Source: an archaeon (GTDB taxonomy: Archaea; Iainarchaeota; Iainarchaeia; Iainarchaeales; CSSED10-239). Taken from it: a stretch of 17,730 nt of DNA. Positions 6,674-14,410 of this stretch are shown here, one piece after another. Location: the NCBI GenBank assembly GCA_037147375.1, contig JBAWVI010000004.1, positions 1-17,730 on the forward strand. The letters run 5' to 3'. Under the pieces are notes generated by a model. The model ran no database searches. It worked only from the letters and a program-made list of their open reading frames with translations, and was not told the DNA's origin. Position numbers and translations under genes: made by a program. The first letter of the stretch is position 1, and every line of letters starts with the position of its first letter.

Positions 6674-7963
6674 ATGTTAGATATAAAATACATTAGAGAA
6701 AATATAGAACTCGTGAAAGAAAATTTAAAGAAAAAATTCCAGGAACATAAGTCTTCATCCATTGATGAACTTCTTTTGCTTGATGAAAAACTAAGAGATA
6801 ACATAAAAACAGTAAATGCTTTAAAACAAAGAAGAAATCAAATTACTGATGAAATATCAATTAAGAAAGCAAAGAAGGAAGGGATTGATGATCTCTTAAA
6901 GGAAGCAAAAGAGCTTCCAGGAAAGATTGATGTACTTGATAAGGAACAAAATGAATTAAGAGCAAAGGTTCTTGAGATTCAAAAAACAATTCCAAACATC
7001 ATCTCTGATAAAACACCAATAGGTAAAGATCAAACAGAAAACGTTGAAATCAGAAGAACAGGAGAAATTCCTAAGTTTGATTATCAACTTAAAAGTCATG
7101 GTGAGCTTGCTGAATCCCTAAACATAATTGATTTAGATGCAGCTAGAGATAACTCTGGAAAAGGCTTTTATTATCTTAAAGGAGATTTAGCATTATTAAG
7201 TAATGCGCTTATGAGATATTCTCAAGATTTTCTCGCAAAGAAAGGATATACTTTTGTTCTTCCACCATTAATGATAAACAAAAGAGCAACAGATGGTGCA
7301 GTTGATATGAGTTTCTTTAAAGAAATGATATACAAGATTGAAGATGAAGACCTTTACATGATAGCAACAAGTGAACATCCAGTTATCTCTCTTTTTGTTG
7401 ATAGAGTAATTGATGAAGAGAAGTTACCAATTAAGATGTACTCTTATTCAACTTGCTTTAGAAAAGAGATAGGTTCTCATGGACTTGATGAAAGAGGGCT
7501 TTTCAGATTACATCAGTTTGATAAGGTTGAACAAGTTGTTCTTTGTAAACCTGAAGACTCTGAAAAGATATACGATGAAATCTTAGAAAATTCATTTGAA
7601 ATTTTTAAATCTCTTGGTCTTCCAACAAGAGTTCTTGAAATATGTACTGGTGACCTTGGTGATCTTAAGTTTAGATCCGCAGATGTTGAAGCATGGTCTC
7701 CAAGAAAAGGAGAATACATAGAGGTTGGATCTTGTTCAAACCTAACAGGAGCACAAGCAACAAGATTAAATATTAAAGCTAAAACCAAATCTGGAGAAAA
7801 GTATTTTGTTCATACTTTAAACAATACAGCAATTGCAAACTCACGAGCACTTGTTGCAATCTTAGAAAACTATCAAACAAAGGAAGGAACAGTAAGAATT
7901 CCAGAAGTTTTAGTTCCGTACATGTATGGTAAAACTGAAATTAAGAAGAATTTACTTTTCTAA
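6674..7963 (+). CDS. serS: Seryl-tRNA synthetase (class II, bacterial/common type)
   Basis: 429-aa ORF with an N-terminal coiled-coil tRNA-binding arm (MLDIKYIRENIELVKENLKKK...). Class II motif 2 is CFRKEIGSHGLDERGLFRLHQFDKVE. The motif 3 region is HTLNNTAIANSRALVAILENYQ. Confidence 0.93.
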   Translation: MLDIKYIRENIELVKENLKKKFQEHKSSSIDELLLLDEKLRDNIKTVNALKQRRNQITDEISIKKAKKEGIDDLLKEAKELPGKIDVLDKEQNELRAKVLEIQKTIPNIISDKTPIGKDQTENVEIRRTGEIPKFDYQLKSHGELAESLNIIDLDAARDNSGKGFYYLKGDLALLSNALMRYSQDFLAKKGYTFVLPPLMINKRATDGAVDMSFFKEMIYKIEDEDLYMIATSEHPVISLFVDRVIDEEKLPIKMYSYSTCFRKEIGSHGLDERGLFRLHQFDKVEQVVLCKPEDSEKIYDEILENSFEIFKSLGLPTRVLEICTGDLGDLKFRSADVEAWSPRKGEYIEVGSCSNLTGAQATRLNIKAKTKSGEKYFVHTLNNTAIANSRALVAILENYQTKEGTVRIPEVLVPYMYGKTEIKKNLLF

Positions 7964-8010
7964 TTTCTTTCAAATAAAAGAAATTAAGAAGAATAACATC
8001 TTCTAATTTC
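7937..8010 (+). repeat. Imperfect 31-nt direct repeat (period 43 nt) that duplicates the 3' end of serS
   Basis: 7937-7967 reads gaaattaagaagaatttacttttctaatttc and 7980-8010 reads gaaattaagaagaataacatcttctaatttc. They match at 26 of 31 positions. The identical flanks are 15 nt and 10 nt. Confidence 0.6.
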
Positions 8011-8032
8011 CCTTTTTTTCTTTTTTTTCTTT
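7961..8032 (+). terminator. serS terminator candidate: a 10-bp hairpin overlapping the stop codon, followed by T7 and T8 runs
   Basis: taatttcttt (7961-7970) pairs perfectly with aaagaaatta (7977-7986) across a 6-nt loop. A T7 run (8013-8019) and a T8 run (8021-8028) follow. Confidence 0.45.
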
Positions 8033-8119
8033 AACAGACCATATTTAAATATATTTTGGTATACTATTTTATAGTTATATTAATCTAATTTAAGTAAAAT
8101 AAGAAACTATTGATTTTCC

Positions 8120-11100
8120 ATGCAAATAAAAGAACTTGTAATAAAAAGCTTTAAGTCATTTGAGTTTGCTAAAATCCCATTCTCAAAGGGTTTACATGTT
8201 GTTGTTGGGCCTAATGGTTCTGGTAAGAGTAACATAGTTGATGCTCTTTTATTTGTTTTTGGATCAACCTCTCTTAAGAGATTAAGAGTTGATAGATTGT
8301 CTGAGCTTATTAATCATAACACCAAAGCAAAAACAGCAAGGGTAAGAGTGGTTATTGAGCACAATGGTGAAGATATTGAGATAGTTCGTGAAATTGATGA
8401 ATCAGGTAAATCTGTTTTTATGCTAAATGAAAAAAGAAAAGCTCTTCATGAAATATTAAGCTTCCTTGCAGAGATAGGACTTGATACTGAAGGTCACAAT
8501 ACTGTTCAACAAGGAGATGTAAATAGAATAATTAATCTTAATCCTGAAGAAAGAAGAAGCATTATTGATGATGTTTCTGGAATTTCATTATTTGATGAAA
8601 GAAAAAAAGAAGCTGAGGATAACCTAAAGAAGGTTGATGAGAAGTTATCTAAAGTAAACATAGCACTTGCAGAAAGAAAACCATATGTTGAACAATTAAG
8701 ATCCGAAAAAGAAGCTGCAATTAAATACAAGGATATTGAAATTGAAGAAAACCTTTACAATTATAGTCTTTACAAAAAACAAATAAACTTCTTTACAAAT
8801 GAGATTGAGAAAGAACAAAAAACAATCCAAGAAGATAAAGAGAAGTTATCCTTATTGATTAAAGATAAAGCAGGAATAGGACTTCAAATAAAAGAAAATG
8901 AAGAAAAGCTTGAAAGAATAAACAATGAGCTTATCTCTCACTCAGAAAAGGTTCAATCAACTGTTGGTAAAAGATATTCTGAGGTTCTTGCAAATAAAGA
9001 AATTGTAATTAATAACATAAATATTAACCAAGAAAATGTAAACTATCTTGATAAGGAAAATAAAGAAGCTGTTGAAGCATTATCTGTTCTTAAGAAACAA
9101 GAATCTGAAGTAAACGGAGTTATTAAGAATATTAAAGAAAAGGTTAATGAAAAAACAAAAGTAAGAGATTCTTTAAAACTTAAGTTATCTGAAGATAAGA
9201 AAGAGTTTGAAAAGATTAAAACAATGCAAGATGAATTGTATACAACCTTAAGTACATACAATAAGGATCTTGCATCAAGACAAGATATGCTTTATGATAA
9301 GAAGAACAAGCTTAATGCATTTGTTATGCAAAAAGAAATTATTGAAAAGAAAGATAAGGAAACAATTGATAAGCTAAAAACATTAAATGAGAAAAAGCAA
9401 GAAATTGAAAAGGAAATGAATGATCTTGAAAAGAACATTTTAAAATCCACAAAGAAGCTTGAAGATATTACAAAAGAATATGAAGCAAAGAAAGAAGATG
9501 AACAAAAAGTAATAAATGAGATTCAAGAAAAGAAGATCAACTTAATGTCAATAAACAAGGATTTGTCTTTCTATTCTGGGGAATTAAAAAAGAAAGAAGG
9601 AATCAAACCTATACTTGCAAAGCACAAAAGTTATCTTGGTTTCCTTGAAGATATTGTAACCTTGAGTAAAGATGAAAAAACATATTATTCTTCATACGTT
9701 GTTCTCGAGAATGATTCTGATATTAAAGGAATTATTAAAAGTACAAGTGAATATAATCTTTCATTTGTTATCCTTTCTGTTCTTGGAATCAAAAAGGAAT
9801 CTTTTTCTGATTATTTTAATAAATGGGTAGAAGTTAAATCAAAAGCAGATCTTTCAATTGATAACTTTTATTTTGATGGATTTTCATACAAGAAGATATC
9901 TTACAAAGACTCAAGTAAGATAGAAGCTGATGTAACTCATTGTGAAAATGAAATATCAAATCTCAATAAAGAACTAAGTAAGATCCAAAAGGAACTTGAA
10001 AAAATAGATGAACAAAGAAATGCAGATACAAGAGAAGCATCAAGTCAACAAATTTGGCTAAATACTCAAAAGGAATTATACAAAGATGTTGTTGAAAAAA
10101 TAAGTCTTGAAGGAAAAGATACTCTTGATAAAACAGTTTACACTAAAGTTACTGAAAATCTTGGACACATCCAAAAAGAAATCCCTTCCCTTGAGAACGA
10201 GATATCTGAGTTTACAAAAAAGAAGAGTGATCTTGAAGAAAAGCTTAAAAAATATTCAATCTCTGCAAATAACATCTTAAGAGATGAGTTTGATGATGTT
10301 GCAAGTGATCTTACAACTTTAGAACAAAGTTTAATGGAAAAAACATCTGAAGAAAAGATTTTAAAAGAGAAGATAGATAATAAGATGGATTACATTGAGG
10401 TTAATGAAGATAAGATAAAAGTTATAAAAACAAGACTTACATCTCTTCTTGATCAGAAAACTGATTTTGAAAACAAGATAAACGAACTTAAAAAATCACT
10501 TGAAGGAGAAGATTCAAAGAAGATACATCTTTTCTCTGAAAAGTCAAGTGTTACAACAAAGATAACAGATCTTTCAAATAGGGTGCATTCATATGATCAA
10601 GAAATATCTGAACTTAATTTATTAATTAATAATTCTAATATAAATATCTCAACTACAGAGAACAAGATAAATACTCTTGAACAAAACTTTAAGTTAATGG
10701 ACATTAAGATAGATGGGCTTGAAGAAATAGATCTTTCAATAGAAGAACTTAATTCAAATCTTAGAAGAATAAGAAGAGATAAGAATGCTCTTGGGAATAT
10801 TAACTTTAATGCAATTGAGTCATATGACAAGCTTGCAAGTGAATATGATGAAATTATTAGAAAATGCGAAGTTCTAGTTAAGGAAAAGGAACAAGTAAAA
10901 GGAATGCTCTCTGAGATAACAATGAAGAAAGAAGCTGTGTTCATTGATTGCTTTGAAAAGATAAATAAGGAGTTTAAAGATATAATTAAGAAGATGTCTG
11001 CAACCCTTTCTGGTTACTTAGCTCTAGAAGGAACAGAACCTCTAACCTCTAAGCTATCAATCAACTTAACTAAGCAAGGAAAAACCAAAGACATTGATAT

Positions 11101-11371
11101 AATGTCAGGTGGAGAGAAAACAGTAACAGCTCTTGCATTCATTTTCGCACTCCATGCATACAAGAAAGCACCTTTCTATATCTTAGATGAAGTAGATGCT
11201 GCACTTGATGATTACAATACGTTAAACCTACTTAGCTTTGTTAAGGATTTATCAAAGAATACTACAATCATCTCAATCTCACACAATTCAACAAGTGTGT
11301 CAGGTGCAAACCAAGTAATTGGAGTAACTCTTCAAGATCATACAAGTGTAATTGGACTTAACTTAGGGTAA
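8120..11371 (+). CDS. smc: SMC (structural maintenance of chromosomes) ATPase with a reduced hinge
   Basis: 1083-aa ORF. The N-terminal head carries Walker A (VVVGPNGSGKSNIVDALLFVFG). Two long heptad-rich K/E/L arms follow. The C-terminal head carries the signature motif MSGGEKTVTALAFIFAL, Walker B/D-loop FYILDEVDAALD and H-loop ISISHNS. There is no CxxC zinc hook, so it is not Rad50. Confidence 0.9.
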   Translation: MQIKELVIKSFKSFEFAKIPFSKGLHVVVGPNGSGKSNIVDALLFVFGSTSLKRLRVDRLSELINHNTKAKTARVRVVIEHNGEDIEIVREIDESGKSVFMLNEKRKALHEILSFLAEIGLDTEGHNTVQQGDVNRIINLNPEERRSIIDDVSGISLFDERKKEAEDNLKKVDEKLSKVNIALAERKPYVEQLRSEKEAAIKYKDIEIEENLYNYSLYKKQINFFTNEIEKEQKTIQEDKEKLSLLIKDKAGIGLQIKENEEKLERINNELISHSEKVQSTVGKRYSEVLANKEIVINNININQENVNYLDKENKEAVEALSVLKKQESEVNGVIKNIKEKVNEKTKVRDSLKLKLSEDKKEFEKIKTMQDELYTTLSTYNKDLASRQDMLYDKKNKLNAFVMQKEIIEKKDKETIDKLKTLNEKKQEIEKEMNDLEKNILKSTKKLEDITKEYEAKKEDEQKVINEIQEKKINLMSINKDLSFYSGELKKKEGIKPILAKHKSYLGFLEDIVTLSKDEKTYYSSYVVLENDSDIKGIIKSTSEYNLSFVILSVLGIKKESFSDYFNKWVEVKSKADLSIDNFYFDGFSYKKISYKDSSKIEADVTHCENEISNLNKELSKIQKELEKIDEQRNADTREASSQQIWLNTQKELYKDVVEKISLEGKDTLDKTVYTKVTENLGHIQKEIPSLENEISEFTKKKSDLEEKLKKYSISANNILRDEFDDVASDLTTLEQSLMEKTSEEKILKEKIDNKMDYIEVNEDKIKVIKTRLTSLLDQKTDFENKINELKKSLEGEDSKKIHLFSEKSSVTTKITDLSNRVHSYDQEISELNLLINNSNINISTTENKINTLEQNFKLMDIKIDGLEEIDLSIEELNSNLRRIRRDKNALGNINFNAIESYDKLASEYDEIIRKCEVLVKEKEQVKGMLSEITMKKEAVFIDCFEKINKEFKDIIKKMSATLSGYLALEGTEPLTSKLSINLTKQGKTKDIDIMSGGEKTVTALAFIFALHAYKKAPFYILDEVDAALDDYNTLNLLSFVKDLSKNTTIISISHNSTSVSGANQVIGVTLQDHTSVIGLNLG

Positions 11372-11548
11372 GTCCTTATTGCTTCTTGATTTTCCTTATT
11401 TTACTTAAATCACTACCTTTAAAAACCTTTTTCTTCCTAATTATTATAATAAGTAACCTAAACAAGTTAACCAGTTAATCATTAGATTTTTATTTTATGG
11501 TTCTTGCGAAAAGCAAAATAGGTTATTTACTCTTAAATCAAATCTTAA

Positions 11549-11553
11549 AGGAG
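11549..11553 (+). promoter_or_regulatory. Shine-Dalgarno (AGGAG) supporting the internal start at 11563
   Basis: AGGAG lies 9 nt upstream of the ATG ATG at 11563. The longer ORF start at 11497 has no such signal. Confidence 0.45.
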
Positions 11554-11562
11554 TTAAGAAAA

Positions 11563-12480
11563 ATGATGCAAAATAAAATTACTCAATATCAATTAATGCA
11601 TAAACCAAAATTCAATTACAAAAGAATAATTTTCTTATTTATAGCTGTAATCTTTTTATCTGTATTCTTATACTCAGTTAAAGCTCATGCTCTTGAGTTT
11701 GAAACAAGTATCCCAAGTCAAATAACCTTATACAATAAGCCAGTAGATGTTTGGTTTACAATTAAGAACACAAGTGATGCAAGCAACTTATATAATTTCA
11801 AGTTATACACTTCACCATTTGCATCAAGAATCGATATTCAAAGTTTAAGACTTAATATTGGAGAAACAAGACAAGTTAAGTTAACTATCTATCCTCTTGA
11901 AAACACAGCTAATCAAGAATATACTTCAACTCTTGAAGTTTCTGAAAATCAATTAATTCATTTTTATTCTATAAAGATAGTACAATTAACAAATAAAATC
12001 TGTTCAATTGAAGTTGATGATACAGTTGATTATTTAGTTGATTCAAATAGATACCATCTTGATTTAAAGTTAACAAACAATTCAGATGCATTTCAAACAA
12101 TTAACTTAAATAAATTTCAAGATTTAAATGCTGATCAATTTACTGAAATGAGCGTAGGCTTATACCCTAAAGAAGAAAAGCATATTAATTATTACATAGA
12201 TACAAATAAATCAAGTCTTGAAATATCCTACGTTTGTAATAACTTATTTCAAAAAAAGAATATTGATTTCCCAAATAAGCCAATCATAAATGAAAACAAT
12301 AATGGAACTGGAATATCTGGATATTTTACATTTACAAATTTTAAAACAAACATAAGTGCATTTTTAAAATCAATAACTCTTCAAATAATCCTAATAATTA
12401 TAATTATCTTACTTGCAATTACATTTGCATCAAGATACATAAGATTAATTCATCTTCACAACATAAGAAGGAGAATGTAA
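11563..12480 (+). CDS. Cell-surface protein: signal peptide, about 2 CARDB/NEW3-like beta-sandwich domains, C-terminal TM anchor
   Basis: The ORF is open from 11497, and I prefer the SD-preceded M23 at 11563. The signal is MMQNKITQYQLMHKPKFNYKRIIFLFIAVIFLSVFLYSVKAHA/LE. The body shows the pattern typical of archaeal COG1361-type surface domains (FTIKNTSDASNLYNFKLY...LNIGETRQVKLTIYPLENTANQEYTSTLEV). The C-terminus is GTGISGYFTFTN, then a TM helix (LQIILIIIIILLAITFA), then RYIRLIHLHNIRRRM. Confidence 0.7.
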   Translation: MMQNKITQYQLMHKPKFNYKRIIFLFIAVIFLSVFLYSVKAHALEFETSIPSQITLYNKPVDVWFTIKNTSDASNLYNFKLYTSPFASRIDIQSLRLNIGETRQVKLTIYPLENTANQEYTSTLEVSENQLIHFYSIKIVQLTNKICSIEVDDTVDYLVDSNRYHLDLKLTNNSDAFQTINLNKFQDLNADQFTEMSVGLYPKEEKHINYYIDTNKSSLEISYVCNNLFQKKNIDFPNKPIINENNNGTGISGYFTFTNFKTNISAFLKSITLQIILIIIIILLAITFASRYIRLIHLHNIRRRM

Positions 12481-12511
12481 ACAAATAATATTAATTGAAA
12501 TGTGATACATT

Positions 12512-14374
12512 ATGGTAGATATAAAAAAAAAAGTATTAATTGTATGTAGTTTAACTCTATTATTCCTAGTTATTATTTCAGGGGTTGCTTTTGCAGGAGT
12601 TATTGATCAAATTAACGTAACTTTTGATAAGCAAATATATTCAACCACGGATGATGCACCTATAAGAGTTGGGTTTACTCTTGAAAACAATAACCAAGAG
12701 ATAGCTAACTTAAGAGTATACACTGATTGTGATAATGATGAATTATCTTGTGATTATTCAAGATCATTTACATTAAACCAAACAACAAGTGAAACAAGCT
12801 CTTTTATAGTTACTCCAACAGACACAGGTCATTCAACATTAATCTTATATGTTTTAGATACAGTTACTGGAAACACAAAAAGCTTTAATGTAGATATCTA
12901 TTCAGATGATGGAATAGATGATGGTAAGTTCGAAGTTGATTTAGGAAACTCTGGAGTTTGTATAAATCAAGAAAATCAAATATATTTCACAATAAATAAT
13001 AATTTCACATCCGGATTATATGAAATAACATTAGTTGGAGATAAACTTTCAGCAAGTCCAACCTTTGATAATCCAATTTATTTATCAAGTAGTGATAAAG
13101 AAATACATTTTAATCTTGAAATTGATGGAAGTATTCCTGTAGCTTCATCAATAAATGCAACCTTAAGAATAGTAAGTGATAGAATTGTAGTTAACAAGCA
13201 AGTTACTTTCTATGCAAAGGACTGTAATACAGAAACTATTGATTTCCAAGTTACTGGACCAAACACAACAAACTTTCTTTTAAAGAAAGAAAATCTATTA
13301 TCTATAGATTATACAATCAAGAATATATCTACAAAAACAAAGGATTTCTTTGTAACTTATGATAACAATTCAGATATAACTTACACATTATCAACAAGAC
13401 AAGTAAGATTAAGTCCTGGTCAATCAAGGAAAATAACTTTAACAGCATATGCTGATAGAGACACAGCTTCAGGATCATATCCACTTAACTTACAATTCTT
13501 TGATGAAAAATCAGTAATCACAAAAAACCTTCATTTCCTTGTTGATCCTATCTTTAATTTAGATGTAAGAACAACACAAAATGCACTAGCATTAAATATT
13601 GGACAAACCTCAAACTTATTAATAATTATTGAAAATAAAGGAGATATAGAAGAAACCTTTAGATTTAATTATACCTTATCAAATGATTTAAGAATAAATA
13701 ATCAAACTCAAAATGAAGAGATTGTTGTTTTCCCACACTCAACAAGACCCTTAAATCTTTCAGTTACTGCTGGACCTAACACAAAAGAAATGACTAGTCA
13801 AATAGTTATTGAAGCAACTGGAGATACAAGCGGTTACACTAAATCATTAGTAATTGATGTAATTGCATCAAGAGGAAATGAATCACTAAGATTAAACTTT
13901 TTATCATATCCTGATCAAATTGATATTGATTCAAACTCACAAAAGAACTTTTCATTCCAAGTATACAATTTTAGTGATGAAGACATTAAGCTTTCAAGTA
14001 TACAATTAGTTGGTGTTCCTCAAGAAATAAGAGCTACTCTTCCAACTAATGTTCTTATTCCAAAGAAGCAATCAATAACTATCTCTGGAACAATCATAAC
14101 AGGAGAAATAGTACCACAAGAAATAAATGCTGCTCTTGTACTTTATTCTGAAAAAGGTGGAGTTCTATCAACCCCACTTAAGATTAGAATAGTTGGAGAT
14201 CAAAATATCTCAACCGAACCAGAAGAACCAACAACTGGACTTACTGGATTCTTTACATTAAAGAACTCTATTTTCCTTGGAATAGTTGGTGCTTGTTTAC
14301 TTGTTGTTATCTTATTTGCATTAGGTGCATTTAAGAGAAGAGATTATTATCATACAGAACAAAGAAGAAGATAA
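12512..14374 (+). CDS. Large cell-surface (S-layer or adhesin candidate) protein: signal peptide, about 5 CARDB/NEW3-like beta-sandwich repeats, C-terminal TM anchor
   Basis: 620-aa ORF. The signal is MVDIKKKVLIVCSLTLLFLVIISGVAFA/G. It has repeated N/T/S-rich beta-strand modules, for example YTIKNISTKTKDFFVTYD...LSPGQSRKITLTAYADRDTASGSYPLNLQF. The C-terminus is EPEEPTTGLTGFFTLKN, then a TM helix (IFLGIVGACLLVVILFALGAF), then KRRDYYHTEQRRR. Confidence 0.75.
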   Translation: MVDIKKKVLIVCSLTLLFLVIISGVAFAGVIDQINVTFDKQIYSTTDDAPIRVGFTLENNNQEIANLRVYTDCDNDELSCDYSRSFTLNQTTSETSSFIVTPTDTGHSTLILYVLDTVTGNTKSFNVDIYSDDGIDDGKFEVDLGNSGVCINQENQIYFTINNNFTSGLYEITLVGDKLSASPTFDNPIYLSSSDKEIHFNLEIDGSIPVASSINATLRIVSDRIVVNKQVTFYAKDCNTETIDFQVTGPNTTNFLLKKENLLSIDYTIKNISTKTKDFFVTYDNNSDITYTLSTRQVRLSPGQSRKITLTAYADRDTASGSYPLNLQFFDEKSVITKNLHFLVDPIFNLDVRTTQNALALNIGQTSNLLIIIENKGDIEETFRFNYTLSNDLRINNQTQNEEIVVFPHSTRPLNLSVTAGPNTKEMTSQIVIEATGDTSGYTKSLVIDVIASRGNESLRLNFLSYPDQIDIDSNSQKNFSFQVYNFSDEDIKLSSIQLVGVPQEIRATLPTNVLIPKKQSITISGTIITGEIVPQEINAALVLYSEKGGVLSTPLKIRIVGDQNISTEPEEPTTGLTGFFTLKNSIFLGIVGACLLVVILFALGAFKRRDYYHTEQRRR

Positions 14375-14387
14375 ATAGTATATTTTT

Positions 14388-14410
14388 TGGGAATAATTTA
14401 TTTATTCCCA
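14388..14410. terminator. Bidirectional hairpin between convergent genes
   Basis: tgggaataa (14388-14396) pairs perfectly with ttattccca (14402-14410) across a 5-nt loop. A T6 run precedes it on the + strand. The stem and loop overlap the stop codon of the coiled-coil gene (14398-14400). Confidence 0.45.

Noticed and set aside
6583-6804. 73-aa reverse-strand ORF spanning the serS promoter and start. The same applies to the 91-aa ORF at 7513-7788, antisense within serS.
   Set aside because: Both are antisense to serS, with S/F/L-rich shadow-frame composition and no supporting signals.
8506-10944. Three reverse-strand ORFs (8506-8730, 9043-9261, 10597-10944) inside smc
   Set aside because: Antisense reading of a K/E-rich coiled-coil gene gives long stop-free S/F/L-rich frames. 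These are artefacts.
8120-11371. Rad50 or RecN/RecF-type ATPase instead of SMC
   Set aside because: There is no central CxxC zinc hook. A globular though small hinge-like segment is present. The head motifs and the QQGDV region follow the SMC pattern, and there is no adjacent Mre11.
11497-11562. Longer N-terminus (MVLAKSKIGYLLLNQILKELRK) for the first surface protein
   Set aside because: There is no SD or TATA at a suitable distance, whereas AGGAG lies 9 nt before the ATG at 11563. Starting at 11563 also gives a conventional signal peptide. The extension cannot be excluded without N-terminal data.
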